NCBI GenBank assembly: GCA_047624355.1
Contig: JBLHPQ010000003.1
Span: 31,747 to 95,746 of the forward strand
DNA from: Flavobacteriaceae bacterium
Lineage (GTDB): Bacteria; Bacteroidota; Bacteroidia; Flavobacteriales_D; Crocinitomicaceae
Reading direction: 5' to 3'
DNA length: 64,000 nucleotides
Below the pieces are notes generated by a model. That model ran no database searches and was not told the DNA's origin. It was given only the letters and a program-made list of their open reading frames with translations. This document shows, piece after piece, positions 1-9,433 of this stretch (its first letter is position 1; each line of letters opens with the position of its first letter). The position numbers were made by a program, and so were the translations under genes.

Positions 1-31
1 AAAACATCTGTAATTTCTAGGCTTTTTGCGC

Positions 32-658
32 TCATAGAAACTCAACGTTTTTAGATCGTTTTATCTGTCTTTTTTCGTAGAATTTTCGGGTGACTAGATT
101 ACTTACAAAGGCGCTTCCAGAACCTATAATTGCGCCAACAAGAACATCCGAAGGATAGTGAACACCTAAGTGCATTCTTGAATAACCTACTCCCGATGCC
201 CAAAGAAACGAGGGGACAATGACGTACCATTTTGGATAGGCGATACTTATTGAAGTTGCCGTGCTAAAGGCCATTGAGGCATGTCCGGATGGAAAAGCTG
301 GACTCCCGGCAGGAATTAAATTTTCAATCTCTTGATAGGTGACAAAAGGGCGATCTCGGTCAATTCCCCATTTCATTCCAACCATTACCACTGTACTTAG
401 GAGTAACGAACCCGTAATCATCACCCCTTTTCTCTTGATTAGTGTGTCTCCCTGAATGAATCCAATAGCTAATACCGTCACAGGTGCTGCTAGACTAATC
501 GGAGCCATTGAATGCGTAAGCACTTTATAGAATCCATCGAAATCCGTGTTCCTCTCAATATTTATTTTCCGCAATAAATCAATGTCGGAGTTTTGTGCAC
601 GCGAAAGACTGACAAAGCCAAGTAAACAACCAAAAATAATTCGGATTCTCATATTCAA
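32..658 (-). CDS. PAP2-family (phosphatidic acid phosphatase type 2) membrane phosphatase
   Basis: 208-aa ORF with a hydrophobic N-terminus. It has the three PAP2 signature motifs: KWGIDRDRP, PSGHAS and SRMHLGVHYPSD. Confidence 0.85.
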   Translation of the reverse strand: MNMRIRIIFGCLLGFVSLSRAQNSDIDLLRKINIERNTDFDGFYKVLTHSMAPISLAAPVTVLAIGFIQGDTLIKRKGVMITGSLLLSTVVMVGMKWGIDRDRPFVTYQEIENLIPAGSPAFPSGHASMAFSTATSISIAYPKWYVIVPSFLWASGVGYSRMHLGVHYPSDVLVGAIIGSGSAFVSNLVTRKFYEKRQIKRSKNVEFL

Positions 659-985
659 TTAATAAATCATCGAGCCTGATGATAAAGTTAATGAATCTTT
701 CCACGAAGCGTTAAAGATGATTGAGCAGCAAAAAGGCCCTCACTTCCAACGAAATGTGGAATGCAAAGAGCTTATTAAATGCTTCGTCTATTCGTTATTT
801 CGAGGTGAATTTTTTGAATGATTCTAACTTTACCCTTTTCGTCCAATGACTCGATAAAGGTCTTAAGACTGCGTAATGTCAATTAGTCTAGATCGCTTTA
901 GCTTCAAAAATTAGTGCGATTAGGATTCCCATATTCTAGTCGAAATTAAGGTTAAAGTCCCTGCAAGAAAGTGTAGGTTCGTATC

Positions 986-1984
986 ATGAGTAAAACGAAC
1001 TTTATCCTTATTGGACTGCTGATTTCAGTGTACATTGGTTTAATCTCGTTTGATACGCCTAAGGATGGTGAAATCGAAAAATGGGAAATGCCTGAAGTTC
1101 AGTTTCCCGAGGACAATCCGTATTCAAATGAGAGTATAGATCTAGGTGCTGCTTTATTTGGAGAGCGTTTGTTTTCTCAAGACACTACACTAAGCTGTCA
1201 ATCTTGTCACATGGTACACATGGCTTTGACGGATCAAGTGAAAGTCGGTGAAGGCGTTTTTGGTCGAAAAGTAACTCGAAATACACCCACACTCAATAAC
1301 ATTGGATTGCATCCCTATTTGATGCGAGATGGTAAATTTATCACGCTCGAAGATCAAGTGCTTGGTCCATTGAAAGATCACCGTGAATTAAATCTCGACG
1401 AAGAAGAATTATTGGAGCGTTTGAAATCCGTTTCTTATCTGGATGAGATGAGTCAAAAGGCCTATGGTTCAGCTTTGACAATAGAAATTATTCAAAAAGC
1501 CATTGCCAATTTTGAACGCATTCTAGTCTCGAAAGACACTCCTTTTGATGCGTACATGAATGGAAATAGCGAAGCCATTTCAACAAGCGCAAAAAACGGT
1601 TATGCTCTTTTCAAAAGTGACAGACTCAATTGTGTAAAATGCCATGGTGGATTCGATTTTACAGATTATTCTTTTCAAAACAACGGCACGTACAAAATTT
1701 ATATCGATTCAGGAAGAGCGCTCGTAACGAAGAACAGCGAGGACATTGGAAAGTTTAAAGTGCCTACTCTTAGAAATCTTGACTTCACTTTCCCATACAT
1801 GCACGATGGTTCGTTTGCGTCATTGGAAAAGGTCATTCTTCACTATGAAAGTGGTGGTAAAGATTCGAAAACAAAGTCCACTCATGTTAGCGGTTTTCAA
1901 TTGACAGCCAGTGAACGTAAGGACCTTCTTGAATTTTTCAGTTCGTTGACCGAGTATCGATACCTTCGTATGGATAAGGAATAA
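986..1984 (+). CDS. di-haem cytochrome c peroxidase (CCP/MauG family)
   Basis: 332 aa with an N-terminal membrane or signal segment and two CxxCH haem-c sites (CQSCH, CVKCH). Length and spacing are typical of bacterial di-haem peroxidases. Confidence 0.9.
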   Translation: MSKTNFILIGLLISVYIGLISFDTPKDGEIEKWEMPEVQFPEDNPYSNESIDLGAALFGERLFSQDTTLSCQSCHMVHMALTDQVKVGEGVFGRKVTRNTPTLNNIGLHPYLMRDGKFITLEDQVLGPLKDHRELNLDEEELLERLKSVSYLDEMSQKAYGSALTIEIIQKAIANFERILVSKDTPFDAYMNGNSEAISTSAKNGYALFKSDRLNCVKCHGGFDFTDYSFQNNGTYKIYIDSGRALVTKNSEDIGKFKVPTLRNLDFTFPYMHDGSFASLEKVILHYESGGKDSKTKSTHVSGFQLTASERKDLLEFFSSLTEYRYLRMDKE

Positions 1985-2130
1985 ATTCTAAGTTATCTGA
2001 AAGTTGAAATTCATGATGCAGTAATCTCTGGATCGCTGCAATCTAGAGAGGTCTCTTTCTTCCCATCACCGCATTTGACCGCCAAACTCCCCATCAACAA
2101 TAATCGTTTTGGCGAGCATCCGCAAAAGTT

Positions 2131-2161
2131 GTAATTTTAGTATCCTTATTTCGTCCAATAA
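2131..2161 (+). promoter_or_regulatory. candidate ECF-sigma-type promoter (GTAATTTT-N12-TCGTCCAATAA), copy A
   Basis: The 31-nt motif ends 47 nt upstream of the ATG at 2209. An almost identical motif with identical internal spacing lies at 3089-3119. GTAAT-N16-CGTCC resembles the ECF -35/-10 architecture. Confidence 0.4.
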
Positions 2162-2208
2162 TCAAATAAGATAAACGTTCTAAGCATTGACGTGAGTTTT
2201 TTATATCT

Positions 2209-2988
2209 ATGAAAAAAATTATTGCATCATTTCTACTAGCCGTTGGAGTTACATTTTCTGGAAACGCTCAACTCGCCAATGGATCAATCGCTCCCGATTT
2301 TAACCTTACAGATATAAACGGGAATACACATCATTTGTACGATTACCTGAGTCAGGGTAAGGCTGTAATTATTGAGTTATTTGCTTGTCATTGTCCTACC
2401 TGTTGGAATTATCACCTATCGGGAAGGCTTGATAGTTTAAATGAACTTTACGGACCTACGGGCACTAATCAGATTGTTACGCTGATGATAGAATATGACG
2501 CGCTAAATGGGCCGAACGAGTTCGATGGTACAGGCGGCTGGACAGCAGGAGATTGGATCACGGGTAATTCGGTTCCAATGATCAACGTTGAAGGCGCTGA
2601 TCGCGCTATTTTCGACGACTATGATTTAGCTTATTTCACACAGATCTATAAAATTTGTCCAGACAAAACCACAGAACTTATGTTCACCTACCATACCGTT
2701 TCCGACTTGTTTCAGGCCGCTGACGACTGTGATGGAGCGCTGACAATTGAAGAGGAAACAGAGATTTCGGGAACGATACATGTTGATTATTCAGGTCATC
2801 AATTAATGATAAGCGATTTTGAGAATTTATCGACCGTGACCATAACTAATTCTATGGGACAGCAGATAAAGGGAGATTATGGAAAAGGAAATCAGTCGAT
2901 TGATATTTCTATGCTGAACGCTGGAATCTACTTTGTTCAAATCGTGACATCCAATGGAACTTTGATCAAAAAGATACTCTTGCCATAA
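2209..2988 (+). CDS. secreted thioredoxin-fold (TlpA/redoxin-like) protein with T9SS C-terminal sorting domain
   Basis: 259 aa with a signal peptide. The redoxin-like stretch APDFNLTDINGNTHHLYDYL..GKAVIIELFACHCPTCW carries a CxxC (CPTC). The C-terminal beta-rich tail (..GIYFVQIVTSNGTLIKKILL) is typical of T9SS sorting domains. Confidence 0.7.
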   Translation: MKKIIASFLLAVGVTFSGNAQLANGSIAPDFNLTDINGNTHHLYDYLSQGKAVIIELFACHCPTCWNYHLSGRLDSLNELYGPTGTNQIVTLMIEYDALNGPNEFDGTGGWTAGDWITGNSVPMINVEGADRAIFDDYDLAYFTQIYKICPDKTTELMFTYHTVSDLFQAADDCDGALTIEEETEISGTIHVDYSGHQLMISDFENLSTVTITNSMGQQIKGDYGKGNQSIDISMLNAGIYFVQIVTSNGTLIKKILLP

Positions 2989-3088
2989 CTTTCACCAAAC
3001 TGCTTTGGAGTTCAGCGCTCATTGTTAACTCAGAAATTGCATTTGTCGCTTGAATTCAGCATTGCCTAAAGAAGGCAATCAAAAAAAT

Positions 3089-3119
3089 GTAATTTTTGCC
3101 AGCTTGTCTCGTCCAATAA
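3089..3119 (+). promoter_or_regulatory. candidate ECF-sigma-type promoter (GTAATTTT-N12-TCGTCCAATAA), copy B
   Basis: Same motif and spacing as 2131-2161. It ends 48 nt upstream of the ATG at 3168. Confidence 0.4.
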
Positions 3120-3167
3120 CTTTAGGAACAAGTATCTTTTAAATTTGTCAAGTAAGTCAATCTAGCG

Positions 3168-3443
3168 ATGTCGAAATTAACACATGATCATGAAGAACAT
3201 CAGTATACGCTCCATCTGCCAGATGGGAAAGAAGCGTATGTAAATTATGTGCTAGAATCCAAAATGATGAAACTCACTTATTCCTATGTTCCACCTGAAC
3301 TCAGAGGTGGCGGTGTTGGTAAAGAGTTGGTTGAGAAAACGTTTGAAATGCTCACCGAGGAAGGGTATGAAGCGGAAGCAATGTGCTCTTATATTCGCGC
3401 TGTAGCTGAGAGACATGAAAAATGGTCAACAATTATAGATTAA
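3168..3443 (+). CDS. small GNAT-like N-acetyltransferase (YjdJ-type)
   Basis: 91 aa. The pattern ..YVPPELRGGGVGKELVEKTFEMLTEEGY....CSYI matches the short single-domain GNAT family. Confidence 0.75.
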   Translation: MSKLTHDHEEHQYTLHLPDGKEAYVNYVLESKMMKLTYSYVPPELRGGGVGKELVEKTFEMLTEEGYEAEAMCSYIRAVAERHEKWSTIID

Positions 3444-3451
3444 CCTTGACT

Positions 3452-3703
3452 ATGGGACTCGATCCAAGACTTCTAAATTATCTAATTGCCTTAAATACAC
3501 GGAATTTGTCGAACGCACAAATCGCTGATCTTCTTGGCGTGAATGGTTTTGTAAGTTCAACCGGTAAAATCTACTCGATTCAACAAGTTTCAAGCATTTT
3601 ACATTCTGTCAGAAGTGTTCAACGAGCCAGAGCTCATCGTCCAACGGATCGTTGTGGCATTGATCGCGCAAAAAATCCTTGTGGTGATGCAAGCGAATAT
3701 TAG
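3452..3703 (+). CDS. hypothetical small protein with an HTH/recombinase-domain-like segment (possibly a gene remnant)
   Basis: The ATG at 3452 avoids overlap with the upstream gene. The segment LSNAQIADLLGVNGFVSSTGKIYSIQQVSSIL resembles the 'IA..LN..G..T..GK.WS...V..IL' stretch of large serine recombinases. No catalytic domain is present. Confidence 0.3.
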   Translation: MGLDPRLLNYLIALNTRNLSNAQIADLLGVNGFVSSTGKIYSIQQVSSILHSVRSVQRARAHRPTDRCGIDRAKNPCGDASEY

Positions 3704-3800
3704 ATTCTTTTCGCATTTCTAGAAAGACAATCATCACTTAAGTTGCGCTTACTTACATCGCATCTATCTCAAAATAGTACATTTAGCTAAAATTAAATAA

Positions 3801-5078
3801 ATGATCCGATCTCTCTTAATCATTGCTATCTCAACGTTAGTATCTATTTCCTACGCGCAGGATACCTATCTGCACTGTGGAAAGCTCATTGATACCGAAA
3901 ACGGTAAGGTGTTGACAGAGATGACAATTGTCGTTCACGATAACAAAATCATCAGACTAGTTAAAGGATATACAGAGGCTGAGAAGAGCGAGGACGTTAC
4001 AATTGACCTAAAGGACAAAACTGTTTTACCAGGCTTGATCGATATGCACGTTCATATGGAGTTCCAGTCAAATCCTCATTCTTACATTGAACCTTTTACA
4101 TTGGATGATGCAGATAGAGCCTTCCGTTCTGTGAAACATGCCAAATCAACACTTCTTTCTGGTTTCACTACTGTGAGAGATTTGGGCGGTACCGGCGTTA
4201 ACACCTCGCTTAGAAAAGCAATTGATGGAGGATTTATCGATGGCCCTAGAGTTTATTCAGCTGGCAAAACGATCGCTAGTACAGGTGGTCACGGAGATCC
4301 AACGAATGGATGGAAGCAAGATTTGATGGGAGATCCAGGACCGGATGAGGGAGTTGTAAATGGGATAGAAGATGCGCGTAAAGCAGTTCGACAACGTTAT
4401 AAAAATGGCGCCGACGTCATTAAGATAACTGCTACAGGCGGTGTATTAAGTGTTGCTAAGAGTAGCTCAAATCCGCAATTTACCATAGAAGAAATAGAAG
4501 CAATTTGTTCAACTGCGAAAGACTATGGAATGCACGTTGCAGCACATGCACATGGAGACGAAGGAATGCGAAGGGCGATCTTAGGGGGAGTAAAGACAAT
4601 TGAGCACGGTACTTTAATGAGTGAGGCTACGATGGATTTAATGATTGAACATGATGTGTACTTAGTCCCTACTATTACTGCAGGCAAGGAGGTAACTGCT
4701 AATGCGGAGATCGAAAATTTTTACCCCGCGATAGTTGTTCCAAAAGCACGCGAAGTAGGTCCAAAAATCCAAGGAACCTTTGGAAAAGCGTACAAAAGAG
4801 GAGTTAAGATTGCCTTTGGAACGGATGCAGGCGTGTATAATCACGGAGAAAATACTAGAGAATTTGCGTACATGGTAGAGGCAGGAATGCCACTTATGGA
4901 AGTGATTCAAGCAGCGACAATCACGAATGCAAGCATCTTAAAAAATGATATGATCGGGATAATAAAAGTTGACTTTTTAGCAGATATTATTGCTGTCGAT
5001 GGTGATCCCTTCGAGGATGTGAACGTCATGACTAAGGTGTCTTTCGTAATGAAGGATGGCGTTGTGTATAAAGATTAA
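3801..5078 (+). CDS. periplasmic metal-dependent amidohydrolase family protein
   Basis: 425 aa with a signal peptide. It has the amidohydrolase metal ligands DMHVHM, AHAHG and GTDAG. Confidence 0.85.
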   Translation: MIRSLLIIAISTLVSISYAQDTYLHCGKLIDTENGKVLTEMTIVVHDNKIIRLVKGYTEAEKSEDVTIDLKDKTVLPGLIDMHVHMEFQSNPHSYIEPFTLDDADRAFRSVKHAKSTLLSGFTTVRDLGGTGVNTSLRKAIDGGFIDGPRVYSAGKTIASTGGHGDPTNGWKQDLMGDPGPDEGVVNGIEDARKAVRQRYKNGADVIKITATGGVLSVAKSSSNPQFTIEEIEAICSTAKDYGMHVAAHAHGDEGMRRAILGGVKTIEHGTLMSEATMDLMIEHDVYLVPTITAGKEVTANAEIENFYPAIVVPKAREVGPKIQGTFGKAYKRGVKIAFGTDAGVYNHGENTREFAYMVEAGMPLMEVIQAATITNASILKNDMIGIIKVDFLADIIAVDGDPFEDVNVMTKVSFVMKDGVVYKD

Positions 5079-5247
5079 TAGGCTGAATCAATTTTAGAAT
5101 TTAATCAATGACTCTTACGGTTGAGCCTTAGTGTTCAATCGCTAACATGAAATCATCGGTCAATACTATCCAGACGTGATACTATATTACCCTATTTCTT
5201 GGTGCTTTCGTAAATATTGTGAAATTTTACACCACAATTGATCGAGT

Positions 5248-6120
5248 ATGAAAGTGCTACCATTTAAAATTCCTAAAACAGGAAGAGAATCTTTTAGAGT
5301 GCAGGTTGATCAGGCCAATTACTTTTATGATACGCTGCACAATCATGACGAGCTTCAAATCACCTTCATTGTTAAGAGCGAAGGGACACTCATCTGTGGT
5401 GATTATATCGGGAATTTTTCAGCGGGTGATTTATTCATTATTGGCTCAGGACAGCCGCATGTGCTAAGAAATAACAAGGAGTACTTTGAAGACTCAAGTA
5501 CAGGTGCTCACGCGATTTCATTGTTTTTTGATAAGCATTCGTTCGGTCATGAGTTTTTCCGGTTACCTGAATTAGAAAACTTACACGCTTTTTTGAATCG
5601 AACACAAAGAGGCTTACGATTTAGTAAGAGTGTCAGTGTTAGCATTGTTTCGCTACTGTTGACCATGGAACAACAAACAGGATTAGATAGACTCATAAAC
5701 CTTCTAAAAGTACTTCAGATAGTATCCAACACAAAGGCATACGAATACTTGGCGAGTGCTTCACAATTCGATAGTTACAACGAGAAAGAAGGGAAACGAA
5801 TGAATCAGATTTTTCAGTTTACAATGCAAGAATACCATAGGGTCATTTTATTGGACGAAGTTGCGAGCCTTGCAAATATGACGCCCAATGCCTTTTGCCG
5901 ATACTTTAAACAACGAACCAGGAAAACCTACGTGAGCTTTCTAAACGAGATCAGGATATCAAAAGCATGCGAATTAATTAAAGCCACCGAACTAACCGTG
6001 GCGCAAGCTTGCTATCAAAGTGGATTCAATAACCTTTCTCATTTCAATCGAATTTTCAAGAAAGTTAGAGGCTGTTCCCCTTCTGAATATGCAAAAAAAG
6101 CAACCCATTCATTTCAATAA
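5248..6120 (+). CDS. AraC-family transcriptional regulator (cupin N-domain plus HTH)
   Basis: 290 aa. The N-terminus is cupin-like (GDLFIIGSGQPHV). The C-terminus is an AraC double HTH (..NAFCRYFKQRT...QSGFNNLSHFNRIFKK). Confidence 0.85.
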   Translation: MKVLPFKIPKTGRESFRVQVDQANYFYDTLHNHDELQITFIVKSEGTLICGDYIGNFSAGDLFIIGSGQPHVLRNNKEYFEDSSTGAHAISLFFDKHSFGHEFFRLPELENLHAFLNRTQRGLRFSKSVSVSIVSLLLTMEQQTGLDRLINLLKVLQIVSNTKAYEYLASASQFDSYNEKEGKRMNQIFQFTMQEYHRVILLDEVASLANMTPNAFCRYFKQRTRKTYVSFLNEIRISKACELIKATELTVAQACYQSGFNNLSHFNRIFKKVRGCSPSEYAKKATHSFQ

Positions 6121-6129
6121 TTACCCGCC

Positions 6130-6738
6130 ATGAACATTATTCTTCTTCTTGATTATATAGGCGTCTTTGTCTTCGCCATGAGTGGAGTGCTCGCCGCTTC
6201 AGACAAAAAAATGGACTTATTTGGCGGTGTCATTATCGCATTTGTAACGGCCTTGGGCGGAGGAACGTTAAGAGATTTACTTCTTAATACGGAGATTGGC
6301 TGGATTAATCATACCGAATACATTTATGTCGTTCTAGGGGGCGCTACATTTGCACTATTATTCAAAAAGGTAACCAAGCCCATTCGAAATGGTATGTTTC
6401 TCTTCGACACAATTGGGATTAGCATCTTCACTATTCTAGGCGTTCAAAAAGCGCTATTCCATGATGTCCCATTAGAAGTTGCGGTAATCTTTGGCGTAAT
6501 GACCGCTACCTTTGGCGGTGTCGTAAGAGATATTTTATCTAATCAAATTCCATTAATCTTCCGGCAAGAAATTTATGCCACCGCGTGCATGTTTGGCGCA
6601 ATCGTCTATGTTTGTCTAGACAAATTGGAAATGAATGAGCCGCTAAACACCGCTATTTCTGGTGCAGTAATTATTGGTATTCGAACGCTTTCGGTGATTA
6701 AAAAATTGCGCTTACCGATAATCAACGGCCGGCTCTAG
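6130..6738 (+). CDS. trimeric intracellular cation channel-like membrane protein (UPF0126/YadS family)
   Basis: 202 aa and polytopic. It has the duplicated UPF0126 glycine motifs GGGTLRDLLL and FGGVVRDIL. Confidence 0.85.
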   Translation: MNIILLLDYIGVFVFAMSGVLAASDKKMDLFGGVIIAFVTALGGGTLRDLLLNTEIGWINHTEYIYVVLGGATFALLFKKVTKPIRNGMFLFDTIGISIFTILGVQKALFHDVPLEVAVIFGVMTATFGGVVRDILSNQIPLIFRQEIYATACMFGAIVYVCLDKLEMNEPLNTAISGAVIIGIRTLSVIKKLRLPIINGRL

Positions 6739-7028
6739 AGAAAGTACTTCCGCCATAGGGCAGATAAATCAACCTTTGTGACTATTCTGAAAAAGGCAAT
6801 CGGGTCAATCTCAGGATCTCTGTTATATCAAGTCATTCATGAAAATTATCATGGATATATAATATATCAAACTATTAACAGTTGATTTATTAAGTTGAAT
6901 TAGTTTCACTTGTAATTTTCACTATTGTGCCTGTTTTCCGTAATTTTGGAATACATTGTTGATCAACGCTCTTTTTGGAAAAACTGAAAGGCAAGTGCAC
7001 AATAGAAATCCACTGAATTGAATTCATT

Positions 7029-9410
7029 ATGATTATACGAAACCTGTATCCATATAGTCGGATCCTTCCCATAGTATCAATGTTTTTTGCGTTGATCGTA
7101 TTACTTCCGTCAAATGTTTCTGCCCAAAACCAATACACGGGCATCGTTAACGATAATACTGTAAGTTCGTTTTTGGCTTCTTACAACCCGTCTACGATAG
7201 TAGATTCGAAAACTAAATTCTCCATCAGTATTCATGGAAATTACTCTAAGATCAGTAATTTCAGTTCAAACAACTTCCTTGTCTATGGAACGGGTATCAA
7301 ATACGTAGAACCTAGAAAACCCGGTTATGTGCGGAGTCATTCAAACATCGATGCGCTCAATATCAAATATGAGTTTAACCATAAAAATGCTGGTGCGTAC
7401 TCCTTTCGAATACGCGCACTCAAAAACCTTGAAGGACTTCCTATTAGTTGGGCCAATAATGCGGCAAAGGAATACGAGGAGAACTTATTTGGAACGGTAC
7501 AGGACATGACAGGTTTTGGATTGAATTCAGTTGATTTTACAGAACACAACTTTACGTATGCAAGAACTATATTTGATCGGAATACAACCTTTTTGAAAGC
7601 CGGTATATCATTAAAAATCTTGAATGGCCTTGATGCTTCTTATGTTCAAATGAACAGTGGTCAGTATGAATTTCTAGATTCCAACTCGCAGCAAGTTGAG
7701 CTCACAAACGTCGATGCTAACTTCGGAACAAGTCAGAATAATAACCAACTTTTTTACAAACATCGCGGTCTCGCTTTTGACCTTGGTGTTACCTATGAGT
7801 TTCGTCCAGATTTTGAGGAACAATATTATGAAATGGACGGTGCGAAACGCAATGTGCGTTACGACATGAACAAGTACAAATGGAAGGTTTCTGCTTCCAT
7901 TACTGATCTTGGTTTCTTGAAATTCATGAGTGACTCGACGTCGTCTTACAACTTCACGAATCCAGCCGTAACTGCAAACGCAAATAGTCTCGTGAACTTA
8001 ACTTCGCTGAACGTTTTATCCTTCATACAATCGCCTTATGATTATGTCGATAATAACTTAGGAGCTGTGAGTACAAAGATTCCCGCAGAAGAGCCTACAA
8101 AATTTCGAATGAATTTACCTGCTTCGCTGCACGGAAACTTCGACATGAACATCTTCAGGCCTTTTCTCTATGTGAGTTACAACATGTCTGTTCCACTGCA
8201 TTTCAAGAGTGACATTACACAAGTAAAAGGATTCTTTATTCAAACATTAACGCCCCGAATTGAAAAACAAAATTGGTCGATAATGCTTCCTATCTCTCAC
8301 TTAGGAAATGGAACGATGAGCGTAGGTTGTGCTGGTCGATTTAACTTCAAAGGATTTACCGTCTTCGCTGGCTCAAACAATTTGGCCTTCTTTTACGGGC
8401 AGAAATCTTCACGAAGTCGAAATTTCTTTGCTGGAATTTCATACAACGTGCTTTACAAAGTACCTCTGGATTCTGATGGTGACAAAATCTCAGATGAATT
8501 CGACCATTGCCCATTCGATCCAGGACTCCCTGAGTTCAATGGCTGCCCAGACACAGATGGTGATGGAATCATCGATAAAGAGGACATCTGTATTTACGAC
8601 AAAGGCTCTAGAAAAACACGTGGCTGTCCTGATACCGATGGTGACGGAGTCATCGATTTTAATGATATGTGTCCAAACGAAAGTGGTCTAGCGATTCACT
8701 ACGGATGCCCTGATCGCGATAAAGATGGCGTTATTGACGCAACGGATAGATGTCCTGATGTTCCAGGAATTGAACTCAACAATGGGTGTCCGTTGGATGA
8801 TCAGCGCTGTTGCACTGATGAAGATGGCGATGGGATTTTGAATGAAATGGATAAATGCCCAACCATTCCCGGTTCGGTATACAATTCTGGTTGCCCAATC
8901 GATTCGAGCAATATTAATTCCATTAACCTGCAAGAAGAGAAAGATAAAATAGACGCGAACAACACAAGTCAGCAAGTAATAGACAATCCAGCGATTGATT
9001 TACGTGAACAATTAATCACCTCACAGGATGAACTTGACTCAGTTCTGATGGGTAAAAACATCATAAAAGATCTAACAATTTACTTCGATGTTGACGAGGC
9101 TAGTCTTACAGACAAGGAGCGCGAAAAAATGGATAAAACATTCAAGGTATTGCCAAAAAATGAACGGTATGAAGTGGTCCTTGTTGGAAATACAGATCGC
9201 GATGGTTCACTCGATTACAACTTGGAATTGTCTCGACGTAGAGCAGAAACGATTAAACGTAAACTGATCGATTACTACAAGTTTAAAGAGAATATCACTG
9301 TTTATTATTACGGTGAAACGAAGTCCATTCATAGCGGAGACTACACCAATGAATTAAAACAAGCGGATCGACGCGTTGATGTCAAATTGATCATGTTACC
9401 GAGAAAATAA
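7029..9410 (+). CDS. OmpA-family outer-membrane protein with thrombospondin type-3 (Ca-binding) repeats
   Basis: 793 aa with a signal peptide and a beta-rich N-domain. Repeats of the type CPDTDGDGIID / CPDRDKDGVID / DEDGDGILNEMDKCP follow. The C-terminal OmpA peptidoglycan-binding domain reads GNTDRDGSLDYNLELSRRRAE. Confidence 0.85.
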   Translation: MIIRNLYPYSRILPIVSMFFALIVLLPSNVSAQNQYTGIVNDNTVSSFLASYNPSTIVDSKTKFSISIHGNYSKISNFSSNNFLVYGTGIKYVEPRKPGYVRSHSNIDALNIKYEFNHKNAGAYSFRIRALKNLEGLPISWANNAAKEYEENLFGTVQDMTGFGLNSVDFTEHNFTYARTIFDRNTTFLKAGISLKILNGLDASYVQMNSGQYEFLDSNSQQVELTNVDANFGTSQNNNQLFYKHRGLAFDLGVTYEFRPDFEEQYYEMDGAKRNVRYDMNKYKWKVSASITDLGFLKFMSDSTSSYNFTNPAVTANANSLVNLTSLNVLSFIQSPYDYVDNNLGAVSTKIPAEEPTKFRMNLPASLHGNFDMNIFRPFLYVSYNMSVPLHFKSDITQVKGFFIQTLTPRIEKQNWSIMLPISHLGNGTMSVGCAGRFNFKGFTVFAGSNNLAFFYGQKSSRSRNFFAGISYNVLYKVPLDSDGDKISDEFDHCPFDPGLPEFNGCPDTDGDGIIDKEDICIYDKGSRKTRGCPDTDGDGVIDFNDMCPNESGLAIHYGCPDRDKDGVIDATDRCPDVPGIELNNGCPLDDQRCCTDEDGDGILNEMDKCPTIPGSVYNSGCPIDSSNINSINLQEEKDKIDANNTSQQVIDNPAIDLREQLITSQDELDSVLMGKNIIKDLTIYFDVDEASLTDKEREKMDKTFKVLPKNERYEVVLVGNTDRDGSLDYNLELSRRRAETIKRKLIDYYKFKENITVYYYGETKSIHSGDYTNELKQADRRVDVKLIMLPRK

Positions 9411-9433
9411 AAACGACGACAAAAGTAGAAACG

